From: an uncultured Clostridia bacterium
GTDB lineage: Bacteria; Bacillota; Clostridia; Christensenellales; UBA1242
NCBI GenBank assembly: GCA_944383275.1
Contig: CALWOV010000001.1
Span: forward strand, 64,245-128,244
Direction of reading: 5' to 3'
DNA length: 64,000 bases
How positions within the stretch are numbered: the first letter of the stretch is position 1; each line of letters begins with the position of its first letter. Both the position numbers and the translations under genes were made by a program. Below, piece after piece: positions 1 to 10,683 of this stretch. The notes below the pieces were generated by a model. The model did not search any database. It was not told where the DNA came from and worked only from the letters and a program-made list of their open reading frames with translations.

Positions 1-300
1 GAACCCCAGCAGTGTTACCACCACTGGTTTGGGCTCATTCCCTTTCGCTCACCACTACTAAGGAAATCGATATTTCTTTCTCTTCCTCCAGGTACTAAGA
101 TGTTTCAATTCCCTGGGTTCCCCTCTTAACACTATGTATTCGTGTTAAGATAACACCCTGTTAAAAGTGTTGCGTTTCCGCATTCGGAAATCTACGGATC
201 ACAGCCTATGTGCGACTCCCCGTAGCTTATCGCAGCTTGTCACGTCCTTCTTCGGCGCCTAGTGCCAAGGCATCCACCGTACGCTCTTCGTAGCTTGTTC
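1..300 (-). rRNA. rrl: 23S rRNA, 5'-terminal ~300 nt (gene continues past the window start)
   Basis: The reverse complement reads ACGGTGGATGCCTTGGCACTAGGCGCCGAAGAAGGACGTGAC ... GGGGAACCCAGGGAATTGAAACATCTTAGTACCTGGAGGAAGAGAAAG ... GGTGAGCGAAAGGGAA, the conserved domain I of bacterial 23S rRNA. The 5' end was placed by remembered alignment to B. subtilis 23S, +/-10 nt. Confidence 0.9.
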
Positions 301-567
301 GTATACGTCGATTGCTAGCAAAGTATGTTTAAAAAACATTTTGCGTTACTGGCATTGTTCTCATTTTAGAAAACAAATGCTTAGCATTATTAGCTTTTAG
401 TTTGTTAAAAAACTAGCGTAAATTGTAATTTTGTGAAATTGCATATTACACTATATTTTTATAGGATATTGTATAAGATTTCTCTTTACTATATCTATTA
501 TGCAGTTGTCAATGTGCTACTCGTGATTTTACAATCACGGCATCACCCCTTCGAGTGATACATTGTG

Positions 568-596
568 ATTATATCAGCATTAGATAAGTTAGTCAA
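568..596 (-). promoter_or_regulatory. Sigma-A type promoter driving the 23S rRNA gene
   Basis: The minus strand reads TTGACT-N17-TATAAT (-35 at 591-596, -10 at 568-573), about 260 nt upstream of the 23S 5' end. The leader contains short hairpins (ATCACTCGAAGGGGTGAT, CGTGATTGTAAAATCACG). Confidence 0.6.
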
Positions 597-1204
597 CAAG
601 TTTTTTGATTTTTTTTGAAAAAATAGCAATTTTTTTGCGAAAAACGCCGATTTTTATGACACCCTACCGTGTGTGTCGCTTGAAATACGCCTAAAATACC
701 CTGTTTTTAGGTGTTTTTAATAGATTTTTTAAAAAATAACACTTGGTTTGCAAACTTAATTTTAATATATTTTAATTAAAAATTTAAACAATATTAGAAA
801 TAATTTAGGATTTTTATCTATGTTTATCACCTGTTTATATTTAAAATATAAATATTATACTTAAATATTTCCATTATATTTTATATTTCTATATATTATA
901 TTAGGCAATATTAGAAATTTATTGCGTTACTGCTTTTATTTTTGTTTTAATTCTGATTTTAGATTGTTATAGATTTAACATTTAAGTATTAAAAGCATTT
1001 TAAATTAAACTAAGGTTTATTAAATGTTGCGTTATTTTAAATTTATAATTTTGTAAAAAAGATAATTTTACATTAAGATTTTACATTAAAATTGTTAAAA
1101 TAATACTTAGTAATTAATATTAATAGCAAAGAACTACATTTAATTTTACTTTTGAATTCATATAATATATATATTGATTTATCATTTGTAAACAAAAAAA
1201 GGCA

Positions 1205-3427
1205 TTACGCCTTTTTATAAAATGTGTATATCACATATAGACCATTATCTTGCGTTCCACCAAGTTGCTTATAAACCCAGCCATCTGGAAGATTTACAAA
1301 AGCAATCAAGTCTGCTCTTAACTTTAAATCAAAACTTGTATAATTTTCAGTAAAATAATTAATTGCCTCATTAAGCTCATACACATAATCTATTATTAAA
1401 TCGAAATTGCCATTATCAAACTCTTTATTAATAAACATTGCAACATCAGTTTCTGGCCAAGATTCAATATGATAGTTATAACTGTTGCCGTCGCTTCCAA
1501 ATTCGTAATCTGTTTCAAGCATTGTATTATAAGATAAAGTTTCCATTATTATATTATTATTATCTTGCCAATTATCTCCCCAAGTGCAATCTACACAATA
1601 CCATCTTTCAACAGGGTTTGTAATTTTAACTTTATTCCAAGCGTGCCCGCCTGTTGTTAAACCTGTTTTTGCAGAACCATTAACTTTATAGCACTCTATG
1701 CCTTCTATATTACAAAGTAAAGAAAAAGTTTTTGCAATACCATCACAAACAGCCTGCCCATTATCTAACAGCATTCCTTCTAAATAAAACCCACGATAAT
1801 TTCTTAGTTCTTGTTCGTATATTGTTTTTTCTTCATCAGTTGCGTTAGTCATTAAACTGTAAATTTCTGTAGTCCTGTCAGACAAATTATGGTCATAAAC
1901 ATTGTTATAGCATACCCATTCGTATATTGCTATAACTTTTTGCATATCACTCATATCATCGTTTATAATTTCTCTTAATACATCACAAGCAATATTATAA
2001 AGCATTTCTGCTGAACTATAATCACCTATAAACACAGGTTTATACCCTGCTTGAACAACTTGGAAAAGTTGCTCACTTGTTATAGCAACCATAGATTTTT
2101 CGCGCTCATTTATTTTAAAATCATTAAAATCGCTTGCTCTTTTAGTTGTTGCATAATTTTCTGGTTGAACTGTTGTGTCTTGAGTAACTGTTTTTTCGCC
2201 TTGTGCTATTGCTGTTGGATTTGCTGGGTCATTATATGCTAATTTAACGGTTAGTTTTTGAGTTGATGGAATAATACTTATTGATAAACTTAAGGACATT
2301 ATTTCTGGATAAGCATTTATTGCTTGAGTTATAGCATCTTGTCTTTTTTGTGTAGCGTTTCCTTTATAATTAGAACTTGGATCTACATAATTGCCCACAT
2401 AAAATTCAATTTGGTCTAATCTATGAAAAATAGAATATCTAAAAATGTTTTCCAATTCTTCTTGATTGTCAGCATATAAATCGAACTCATTCCCTAAAAT
2501 ATCTAATTGTGTATTTTTTGCAACTGCTTGTGTTAAATTGCTTACATTCATTACCCCATCACTCCAATTAGAGTCAAGGCTTAACTGACTATCACCTTTT
2601 GCTTGAACATAAACAACTGTTAAATCTGATGAATTATAAAAGTTTAAAACATTTTTTAAATTTATTGAGTTTGTATCAGTGTGAAAAGCATTTTCTTGCC
2701 CTAATACATAAACATTATAACCTGTTGCAGCAGATACATTCCCCCAAGTTACCAAACCATTATCGGCAACTTGAATATTATTAGGAACAGTTAAATTAAC
2801 TTGTGCTTCAAAAGTTATTGGCGTTGTATAGTCTGAAGGTTGTTTTTGAACATATCTGTTTTCACTTTCTAAAACAGCAACGTCTTCAGCACGAACACTT
2901 GCTTCATATTTACCACCACTTGTTAATTTAGAGGTTATGTTAATAGAATTTGAAGTGGTTGTAAATTCCGTATAATCTTGTGTGCCTTTTAAAGCAATTC
3001 TAACCGTGAATTTGGTAGCAATTTCGTGTTCCCAACTTAAATATACTTGATTATTTTCAACATTGGTTTGAACATTAGTTGGCATAGTTATTTTTTCAGT
3101 TGAAACAGCAATGGTAAGTGTGTTAGAAAGTTCTGATGAGCCACCAAAAAATCCGTCTTTAACTGCTTTTACATTTATTTCATATTCACCACTGTTTATA
3201 TATGGGCTTATATCGAACTTGTTTGCAGTTGTTGTGTATTCTTCTTCATTAATAAAAACTGAATAATAACTTGCATTATCAACTTTTTCCCAAGTTAACA
3301 CATTTTGTTGCATAGTTATTGATGGAGTATTTAACGAAACAAAATTACAACCTACGAATAAAAAGGTTGAACAAAGAACACATATTAAACTTAAAAAAGA
3401 AAATTTTAAAATATTTGTTTTACTCAT
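1205..3427 (-). CDS. Surface lipoprotein with Fn3-like repeats and a C-terminal transglutaminase-like cysteine protease core
   Basis: N-terminal signal peptide with lipobox (LFVGC). Three W..V..A.(Y)Y.V motifs typical of Fn3-like repeats (LTWEKVDNASYYSVF, YLSWEHE, VTWGNVSAATGYNVYV). C-terminal Cys/His/Asp arrangement GQAVCDGIAKTF...GGHAWNKV...VDCTWGD, typical of the transglutaminase core fold. Confidence 0.7.
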   Translation of the reverse strand: MSKTNILKFSFLSLICVLCSTFLFVGCNFVSLNTPSITMQQNVLTWEKVDNASYYSVFINEEEYTTTANKFDISPYINSGEYEINVKAVKDGFFGGSSELSNTLTIAVSTEKITMPTNVQTNVENNQVYLSWEHEIATKFTVRIALKGTQDYTEFTTTSNSINITSKLTSGGKYEASVRAEDVAVLESENRYVQKQPSDYTTPITFEAQVNLTVPNNIQVADNGLVTWGNVSAATGYNVYVLGQENAFHTDTNSINLKNVLNFYNSSDLTVVYVQAKGDSQLSLDSNWSDGVMNVSNLTQAVAKNTQLDILGNEFDLYADNQEELENIFRYSIFHRLDQIEFYVGNYVDPSSNYKGNATQKRQDAITQAINAYPEIMSLSLSISIIPSTQKLTVKLAYNDPANPTAIAQGEKTVTQDTTVQPENYATTKRASDFNDFKINEREKSMVAITSEQLFQVVQAGYKPVFIGDYSSAEMLYNIACDVLREIINDDMSDMQKVIAIYEWVCYNNVYDHNLSDRTTEIYSLMTNATDEEKTIYEQELRNYRGFYLEGMLLDNGQAVCDGIAKTFSLLCNIEGIECYKVNGSAKTGLTTGGHAWNKVKITNPVERWYCVDCTWGDNWQDNNNIIMETLSYNTMLETDYEFGSDGNSYNYHIESWPETDVAMFINKEFDNGNFDLIIDYVYELNEAINYFTENYTSFDLKLRADLIAFVNLPDGWVYKQLGGTQDNGLYVIYTFYKKA

Positions 3428-3498
3428 AATTTTAGTATATCATAATAAATTAAAATTAGTATTAATTTAAACAAATTTTTTCAAATTTTTACATTTTT

Positions 3499-4335
3499 TT
3501 AAAGTGAAACGCGACCTGTATCTGTATTGTAAACTTCATTAATTTTTCTTTTTGAATATTCTTCTAATACTCGTTTGTCATTTCCATCTAATTTATGCAA
3601 TTCATCCAAGGAACATAAAAAATAATCTTCTGGGTTTGATGTAGTTTGATTAGTGTCTAAACCCATATTTTGCTCTTTTACATGAATTGCTGCCGAAATA
3701 TCAATAAATTTAACTTCGCCATTTATTTGAACGGCATTAAATTCGTGTGGAACATTTGTAAAACCATTAAAAATTTCGCCATCAACCGCTATAGGATTCA
3801 ACCCTACTAGTTTACATACTTTACAAAACTCTGAAGAAAAATTCACACAAACTCCACAATATTTTGTTGGATTTTCTGATAAAAACTCATCTCTTGCTTT
3901 TTGGTCAGCTTTATCTAGAATATAATCTAAACTAATTCTTTTTGCATTTTCTCTTACTAATTCCAAACGTTTAATATCATTTTCATTTTGACATAATTCT
4001 TTAAATTTATCATACTCTGATTGAGGTTGATTTGCCCAATAAAACCAAAAATCCTCTCTCCATTGTTCAACAACAGTAGTATATGCTGGCCTTTTTAATG
4101 GTGGAGTATTAAAAAATATATTACCAAAATAATCATCTTTAATACTAGGCACTAAATTTAACTTTGCCATCCATAATCCTAAAGTGTGAGTTCGCAAATT
4201 ATATCCTTTATATGAATAGTTTTCTACCAACCAATTAAAAACATATTTATATTTTTCTTCAGTATTTTCAAGTGATTCTATTTGATTAACTATAAAGTTA
4301 ATATCTTCACTATCTAACGCACTTGGTTTATCCAT
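3499..4335 (-). CDS. Hypothetical protein, possibly transglutaminase-like or papain-like fold
   Basis: Long ORF. Start moved to the ATG (MDKPSAL) behind AAAAGGTG. The motif spacing CGVCVNFSSEF...VPHEFNAVQINGEVKFIDIS resembles a C-H-D transglutaminase-like core. The function is not established. Confidence 0.45.
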   Translation of the reverse strand: MDKPSALDSEDINFIVNQIESLENTEEKYKYVFNWLVENYSYKGYNLRTHTLGLWMAKLNLVPSIKDDYFGNIFFNTPPLKRPAYTTVVEQWREDFWFYWANQPQSEYDKFKELCQNENDIKRLELVRENAKRISLDYILDKADQKARDEFLSENPTKYCGVCVNFSSEFCKVCKLVGLNPIAVDGEIFNGFTNVPHEFNAVQINGEVKFIDISAAIHVKEQNMGLDTNQTTSNPEDYFLCSLDELHKLDGNDKRVLEEYSKRKINEVYNTDTGRVSL

Positions 4336-4760
4336 TTTTGTTAACACCTTTTAATTTAATGATTTTATAATACCACAAATATGAAAAAGCGTCAATACAT
4401 AACATTTGCATAATACTTAATAATTACTAATTTTGCGCATAGTTCGTTCGTGTTTGTCAAGTTTTTAAATAATTATATATATAGAATAAAAAATTGTTTT
4501 ATTTAAAATTAATATGAAATGTATAATTAGATTTTTTATTATATAAACTTATTTTAATAAAATTAAAATTAAACTAGAATTTTTCAAAATTTAATTACAC
4601 TTTTTGTTAATAAATTTTTATTTAGTTTCAAAAAATATGATTTATTTTATAACTAAAATTTTATAATAAGTTTAATTTTAAAAGTAATAAATTACATATA
4701 AATTTATAATTTAGTTGATAGAATAAGAAGGTTAAACTGCTATTATAATACTATTATTTA

Positions 4761-4793
4761 AAAAGAAAAAAGAGTTCATTTCTGAACTCTTTT
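4761..4793 (-). terminator. Rho-independent terminator after tuf
   Basis: AGAGTTCA/TGAACTCT stem (4771-4778 / 4783-4790) with a 4-nt loop, followed on the minus strand by TTTTTTCTTTTT. Confidence 0.7.
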
Positions 4794-4816
4794 AAATTAT
4801 CTTAAATTATTTTAAA

Positions 4817-6028
4817 TTATTTAATAATTTTAGATACAACACCTGAACCTACAGTTCTACCACCTTCACGGATAGCAAAACGAAGTCCTTCTTCAATAGC
4901 GATTGGTGTTATTAATTCAACGTTCATTTCAACGTTGTCACCTGGCATAACAAGTTCTACACCTTCAGGTAATTTAATTGAACCTGTAACGTCAGTTGTT
5001 CTGAAGTAGAATTGTGGACGGTATCCTGAAACAAATGGAGTTGAACGACCACCTTCTTCTTTCTTCAATACATATACACTTGCTGTAAATTGAGTGTGAG
5101 GTGTTATTGATTTAGGAGCACAAATAACTTGACCACGTTGAATGTCTTTTCTTTCAATACCACGAAGTAATAAACCAATGTTGTCTCCTGCTTCTGCTTG
5201 GTCAAGAAGTTTCTTGAACATTTCAACACCAGTAATAACTGTTGTTTTTGTTGGACCCATACCAACGATTTCTACTGTGTCACCATTTTTAACTACACCA
5301 CGTTCAACACGACCTGTAGCAACAGTTCCACGACCTGTAATTGTAAATACATCTTCAACAGGCATTAAGAATGGTTTGTCTATTGCACGAACAGGGTCTT
5401 TGAAGTAGTTGTCAACAGCGTCCATAAGTTCGAAAATACATTTACATTCTTCGCCATCTACATTACCTGCTGTTGCAGCATCTAATGCATTTTTAGCACT
5501 TCCGAAAATAATTGGAGTTTCGTCTCCTGGGAAGTCGTATTCGTTTAATTTATCACGAATTTCCATTTCAATAAGTTCAAGCATATCAGCACGGTCTGCT
5601 GGTGGAAGTTGGTCAACTTTGTTAACGAAAACGATAATGCTAGGAACACCAACCTGACGAGCAAGCAAAATGTGTTCACTTGTTTGAGGCATAACACCAT
5701 CTGTTGCAGCAACAACAAGGATTGCGCCGTCCATCTGAGCAGCACCAGTAATCATGTTTTTAACATAGTCTGCGTGTCCTGGGCAGTCTACGTGTGCGTA
5801 GTGACGTTTTTGTGTTTCGTATTCTACGTGGCTTGTGTTAATTGTAATTCCACGTTCTCTTTCTTCTTTTGTGTTGTCAATAGAACCGTAGTCACGAGCT
5901 TGAGCAAGACCTTTTTTTGCTAATGTTGTTGTAATAGCAGCAGTTAAGGTTGTTTTACCGTGGTCAACGTGACCGATTGTTCCAAGGTTAAAATGAGGTT
6001 TTGTTCTTTCGAATTTAGCTTTTGCCAT
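4817..6028 (-). CDS. tuf: Elongation factor Tu
   Basis: [22 protein letters not shown]-motifs and full-length EF-Tu similarity. RBS AAGGAG. Confidence 0.98.
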   Translation of the reverse strand: MAKAKFERTKPHFNLGTIGHVDHGKTTLTAAITTTLAKKGLAQARDYGSIDNTKEERERGITINTSHVEYETQKRHYAHVDCPGHADYVKNMITGAAQMDGAILVVAATDGVMPQTSEHILLARQVGVPSIIVFVNKVDQLPPADRADMLELIEMEIRDKLNEYDFPGDETPIIFGSAKNALDAATAGNVDGEECKCIFELMDAVDNYFKDPVRAIDKPFLMPVEDVFTITGRGTVATGRVERGVVKNGDTVEIVGMGPTKTTVITGVEMFKKLLDQAEAGDNIGLLLRGIERKDIQRGQVICAPKSITPHTQFTASVYVLKKEEGGRSTPFVSGYRPQFYFRTTDVTGSIKLPEGVELVMPGDNVEMNVELITPIAIEEGLRFAIREGGRTVGSGVVSKIIK

Positions 6029-6099
6029 ATTCTTAAATCTCCTTAATATTTTTTATTTAATATTTAAACTATAAAATAGTTTCAAAAAGTTTTTGCTAA

Positions 6100-8175
6100 T
6101 TAAGATTCTTTAGCGCGTTGGCCAATTATCTTATCAGCAATGAATTTTGGCACTTCTTCATAGTGAGAAAGTTCCATTATAAATATTCCACGACCTTGTG
6201 TTAAACTACGCAAATCGGTTGCATAGCCAAACATTTCAGCCAAAGGAACGATTGCATTGATGGTTTGTTGACCATCTTTAAGTTCCATATCACGAAGTTG
6301 TCCACGACGACGGTTAATGTCACCCATAACATCTCCGAGATATTCTTCAGGAACTTCTACTTGAACTTTCATCATAGGTTCAAGTAAAACTGGGTGTGCA
6401 TTTTTTGCACCTTCTTTAAATGCCATACTACCAGCAATTTTAAACGCCATTTCACTACTATCTACATCGTGGAAACTACCATCTACCAAAGTAACACGGA
6501 AGTCCACCATTTCATAGCCAGCCAAAACACCGTTTTGTCTTGCTTCTTCAATACCAGCATTAATTGGCGCAATAAATTCTTTTGGTATTGCACCACCAAC
6601 GATTTTATCTACAAATTCATATCCTGCACCTGCTTCTAAAGGTTCCATTTCAATCACACAGTGACCATATTGACCTTTACCACCAGATTGACGGATATAT
6701 TTGCCTTCTTGCCTACAACTTGAACGAATTGTTTCACGATAAGCAACTTGTGGTTGACCAACACTTACATCTACATTAAATTCACGAACTAAACGGTCGC
6801 GATAAATGTCTAAGTGAAGTTCACCCATACCAGCCATCAATGTTTGACCTGTTTGAGGGTCTGTGTAGGTTTTGAAAGAAGGATCTTCTTCCATAAACCT
6901 TGTTAAAGCAGCAACCATTTTTTCTTGGTCTTGCTTTGTTTTAGGTTCAACTGCAATTTTAATTACAGGTTCTGGGAAGTTAATACTTTCCAAGATAATT
7001 GGCGATTTCTCATCGCAAAGTGTATCACCTGTTGTTGTATCTTTAAGACCAACAATTGCAGCAATATCACCTGTTCTTACTTCATTAATTTCGTGTCTCT
7101 CGTTACTGTGCATACGAATAAGTCTTGCAACTCTTTCTTTTTTACCCTTTGTAGCGTTATAAACATAACTACCACTTTCCAACTTACCGCTGTAAACACG
7201 GAAATATGTTAACTTGCCATAAGGGTCTGTTACAACCTTAAATGCAAGTGCGCTAAAAGGTTCATCATCACTTGCCTTACGCTCTGCTTCCTGACCATTT
7301 GGTAAAATACCTTTAATAGCAGGAATGTCAACAGGGCTTGGCATATAATCAACAATGGCGTCAAGAAGTTTTTGAACACCTTTGTTTTTGTAACTTGTTC
7401 CACAAACTACAGGGTTAAGTTGAAGATTAATTGTTCCTTTTCTTAAACCCATTTTAATTTCATCAACAGTAAATTCTTCACCTGCAAGGAATTTTTCAAG
7501 CAAATTATCATCTGTTTCAGCAACTGCTTCAATCATTGCTGCACGATATTTCTTTGCCATTTCCATCATATTTGCAGGAATTTCTGTTACTTCCATTTCT
7601 TTGCCTAAGTCATCTTTATAGATAACAGCATCCATTTCAACAAGGTCAATGATACCACAAAATTCATCAGCATGACCTATTGGAAGTTGAATTGGCACAG
7701 CGTTTGCGTTAAGACGCTCTTTCATCATTTTTATAACATTGAAAAAGTCTGCACCATTCATATCCATTTTGTTAACATAAGCCATTCTTGGAACACCATA
7801 TTTATTTGCTTGACGCCATACAGTTTCACTTTGTGGTTGAACACCACCACGAGCACAGAAAACTGCAACTGCACCATCAAGCACTTTAAGACTTCTTTCA
7901 ACTTCTATTGTGAAGTCAACGTGTCCTGGTGTGTCGATTATGTTAATTTGGCAGTCTCTCCAAGTAGTTGTAGTTGCCGCTGATGTGATTGTAATACCAC
8001 GTTCTTGTTCTTGAACCATCCAGTCCATAGTAGCAGCACCTTCATGCACTTCACCGATTTTGTGAACTTTACCTGTATAATATAAAATTCTTTCGGTAGT
8101 TGTTGTTTTACCTGCATCAATGTGTGCCATTATACCGATGTTTCTAACTTTTTCTAGCGGAAATGTTCTCGACAT
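6100..8175 (-). CDS. fusA: Elongation factor G
   Basis: [27 protein letters not shown] motifs. 691 aa. Conserved str-operon position. Confidence 0.98.
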   Translation of the reverse strand: MSRTFPLEKVRNIGIMAHIDAGKTTTTERILYYTGKVHKIGEVHEGAATMDWMVQEQERGITITSAATTTTWRDCQINIIDTPGHVDFTIEVERSLKVLDGAVAVFCARGGVQPQSETVWRQANKYGVPRMAYVNKMDMNGADFFNVIKMMKERLNANAVPIQLPIGHADEFCGIIDLVEMDAVIYKDDLGKEMEVTEIPANMMEMAKKYRAAMIEAVAETDDNLLEKFLAGEEFTVDEIKMGLRKGTINLQLNPVVCGTSYKNKGVQKLLDAIVDYMPSPVDIPAIKGILPNGQEAERKASDDEPFSALAFKVVTDPYGKLTYFRVYSGKLESGSYVYNATKGKKERVARLIRMHSNERHEINEVRTGDIAAIVGLKDTTTGDTLCDEKSPIILESINFPEPVIKIAVEPKTKQDQEKMVAALTRFMEEDPSFKTYTDPQTGQTLMAGMGELHLDIYRDRLVREFNVDVSVGQPQVAYRETIRSSCRQEGKYIRQSGGKGQYGHCVIEMEPLEAGAGYEFVDKIVGGAIPKEFIAPINAGIEEARQNGVLAGYEMVDFRVTLVDGSFHDVDSSEMAFKIAGSMAFKEGAKNAHPVLLEPMMKVQVEVPEEYLGDVMGDINRRRGQLRDMELKDGQQTINAIVPLAEMFGYATDLRSLTQGRGIFIMELSHYEEVPKFIADKIIGQRAKES

Positions 8176-8197
8176 AATACTCTCCTTATTTTTTTAA

Positions 8198-8668
8198 TTA
8201 AAACTTAAAGTGTGCGAATGCTTTGTTTGATTCAGCCATTCTGTGAACTTCTTCACGGCGTTTAATTGCGCCACCTGTTCCATTGAAAGCGTCAACCAAT
8301 TCATTACCCAATCTGTTTTCCATACCACGATCGTTGCGTTTCTTTGCAAAGTTTACTAACCAACGAATTGCTAAAGTTTGCGCTCTTGCTGGTTTTACTT
8401 CAACTGGGATTTGATAGTTTGCACCACCAACTCTTCTTGGTTTAGTTTCAATAACCGGCTTTGTGTTTTCAAGCACCTTGTCTAATGCTTCCATAGCACT
8501 CATTCCGCTTTTTTCTTCCAGAATATCCAATGCTTTATATACAATATTTTCAGCAATACCCTTTTTGCCTGCAATCATAATTTGATTTATTAGTTTTGCA
8601 ACAACAAGACTATTAAATTTTGGGTCTGGGAGAATTTCACGAACTTTTGCCGAGTTTCTTCTTGACAT
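8198..8668 (-). CDS. rpsG: 30S ribosomal protein S7
   Basis: Full-length S7 similarity (PDPKFNS...ENTKPVIETKPRRVGGANYQIPVEV). RBS AAGGAGGAG. Confidence 0.97.
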   Translation of the reverse strand: MSRRNSAKVREILPDPKFNSLVVAKLINQIMIAGKKGIAENIVYKALDILEEKSGMSAMEALDKVLENTKPVIETKPRRVGGANYQIPVEVKPARAQTLAIRWLVNFAKKRNDRGMENRLGNELVDAFNGTGGAIKRREEVHRMAESNKAFAHFKF

Positions 8669-8758
8669 AGTGTGTAACTCCTCCTTAATAATTTCTGATT
8701 TTCATTTCTTATTTAATATAACTATAAAATGCTATATTTTTTGATTGTGTGAACGACA

Positions 8759-9133
8759 TTATTTCTTTTCTTTCTTAGTGCCGTATCTGCTTCGTGCTTG
8801 ATTGCGTTTTGCTGTTCCTGCTGTATCTAATACACCACGAACTATGTGATAACGCACACCAACCAAATCTTTAACACGACCACCACGAACAAGCACAACA
8901 GAGTGTTCTTGCAAGTTGTGACCTTCGCCTGGTATATACATTGTGCTTTCACTGCCGTTGCTTAAACGCACTTTGGCAATTTTACGCAAAGCAGAGTTAG
9001 GTTTTTTAGGCGTTGTTGTTGTAACTGCAAAACAAACACCACGTTTTTGTGGGCAAGACTCGAGCAAAGGTGATTTGCTTTTCTTTGTTTGCTTTTTACG
9101 ACCCTGACGAACCAATTGATTTATTGTTGGCAT
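8759..9133 (-). CDS. rpsL: 30S ribosomal protein S12
   Basis: [13 protein letters not shown]...[11 protein letters not shown]...[28 protein letters not shown]. Confidence 0.97.
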   Translation of the reverse strand: MPTINQLVRQGRKKQTKKSKSPLLESCPQKRGVCFAVTTTTPKKPNSALRKIAKVRLSNGSESTMYIPGEGHNLQEHSVVLVRGGRVKDLVGVRYHIVRGVLDTAGTAKRNQARSRYGTKKEKK

Positions 9134-9495
9134 TTTGTCCTCCTGATAAATTTTGATATTATCGGAAGTTTCGTTTGAAAATTCAAAACATTTTCAAGCA
9201 AAACTTGATGTTACTATAAACTGTGTTAACACTGTTACTGCATTAAATTGAGAGAAATATTTGCAATAATTAAAGTAAACAGTTTATATAATGAAAATTC
9301 ACTACAACCCAATGAAATTTTCGTTACTTAAACTTTGCAGAGAGAATGCAAAATTTAAAGCACTTGTTTAAAAACCACCACACACAAACACTAAAGCGAT
9401 TTATAAACGACCAGAAAACTGGAATTCACTCTATTATCACCCAAAAATAAACAAGGTAAAAATAAAATGGCTACAAACATTTTGTAGTAAGCATT

Positions 9496-9524
9496 ATTGT
9501 ATCAGAGATTTTAATGTATGTCAA
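9496..9524 (-). promoter_or_regulatory. Candidate sigma-A promoter of the str operon
   Basis: The minus strand reads TTGACA-N17-TACAAT (-35 at 9519-9524, -10 at 9496-9501). This implies a 5' UTR of about 355 nt before the rpsL ATG. Confidence 0.55.
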
Positions 9525-9595
9525 GAATTTTTATTAATTTTTTCAGTATTAAAATTATAAAAAATAGCAAGGACTTAGTTAAAATTTTCAAGTGT

Positions 9596-9629
9596 ATAAA
9601 AAAGATAGCCTAGTTCAAAAACGCTACCC
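9596..9629 (-). terminator. Possible terminator after the 276-aa membrane protein gene
   Basis: The minus strand reads GGGTAGC-GTTTTTGAACTA-GGCTATC (one G-U pair) followed by TTTTTTAT. Confidence 0.4.
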
Positions 9630-9679
9630 TTTATATTCTTACATATTTAAAACATTACAAGTCTTGCTATTTATTTTTA

Positions 9680-10477
9680 TTATAAAAATTTTTCTTTAAT
9701 TATTTTTAAAACTTTTATTTGTTCATCCTTTAAATCAGGCTTATTTAATAATTCATTAACTTTTTTACTAAAATAATCTAATTTTTCTTTTGATGCACTT
9801 TTTATATATTTGCTATAGATTTGTTTTACTTGCTCGATATCTTTCATATTTACAGCAACTCGTAATTCTTTAACTATATTAATAAAGTGCAAATTATATA
9901 TTTTAATTAAATCAGATAAATCAGATGATTTTTGCCCTGTTTTTGATGTTTTAAAGTTTGATTTATTTTCTAGAGTTTTTATTTCATCATTTATTTTTTC
10001 ATCTTGATTGTTCTGCATAAGGATATTTTGTTGCGCTAATTTTTTTGCTCTCTTTTCTTGAATTTTTAAATATACAAAATACCAAGTAACACCAATTAAT
10101 GAAAAAACAAGATTAATAATTGTATCTTTAATAAATAATGTATTATATTCAGCATTTGTGATTAAAGTTTCTATAAAAATTTGCATTCCCTCACTGAAAG
10201 AGAAGTTATAAGTTATACTTACGATCATTCCACTTGCCATCATAAAAGCTATTTCACTAAAAGCAAAAGTCCAAAAAACAATCCACAAAAAACTTAGCCA
10301 ATTAACTTTGTAAAATTTATGATAAACAAGGAATGATAAACTTGCAACAATAAATGAAACCCAAGACGTAATCCAACCCCAATAATATATTGCACCAGCA
10401 AGAATACCACCAGCCAAACAAATTAGAAAGCTGTATAACAATGCAAATAATAATGATTTTTTATTAATTTTTTCCAT
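9680..10477 (-). CDS. Hypothetical integral membrane protein with a coiled, K/E-rich C-terminal domain
   Basis: About five hydrophobic segments followed by a charged helical tail. Start placed at MEKINKK (weak AAAGG RBS); the ORF-track start at 10510 has no RBS. Confidence 0.5.
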   Translation of the reverse strand: MEKINKKSLLFALLYSFLICLAGGILAGAIYYWGWITSWVSFIVASLSFLVYHKFYKVNWLSFLWIVFWTFAFSEIAFMMASGMIVSITYNFSFSEGMQIFIETLITNAEYNTLFIKDTIINLVFSLIGVTWYFVYLKIQEKRAKKLAQQNILMQNNQDEKINDEIKTLENKSNFKTSKTGQKSSDLSDLIKIYNLHFINIVKELRVAVNMKDIEQVKQIYSKYIKSASKEKLDYFSKKVNELLNKPDLKDEQIKVLKIIKEKFL

Positions 10478-10683
10478 AAAAACCTTTTTATATTTTTTAT
10501 AGTATAGCATACATAATATTTAAAGTCAATACCATTATTTATTGTTAATATCATTTACAAATTCTAATTTAATTAATAGCAAGTAAAATATTAAAAAATA
10601 ATAACAATTTAAAAAATAAAGTAAAATGTTTAAATATACATAAATAAATTAGAACATAAAAACATTTATTTTATAAAAGTCAG

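Noticed and set aside
5142-5923. Plus-strand ORFs of 82-104 aa antisense to tuf, with similar ones antisense to fusA at 6394-7983
   Set aside because: They lie entirely inside strongly conserved minus-strand genes. They have no RBS and their translations are low-complexity (S/T/V/F-rich), which is typical of antisense frames.
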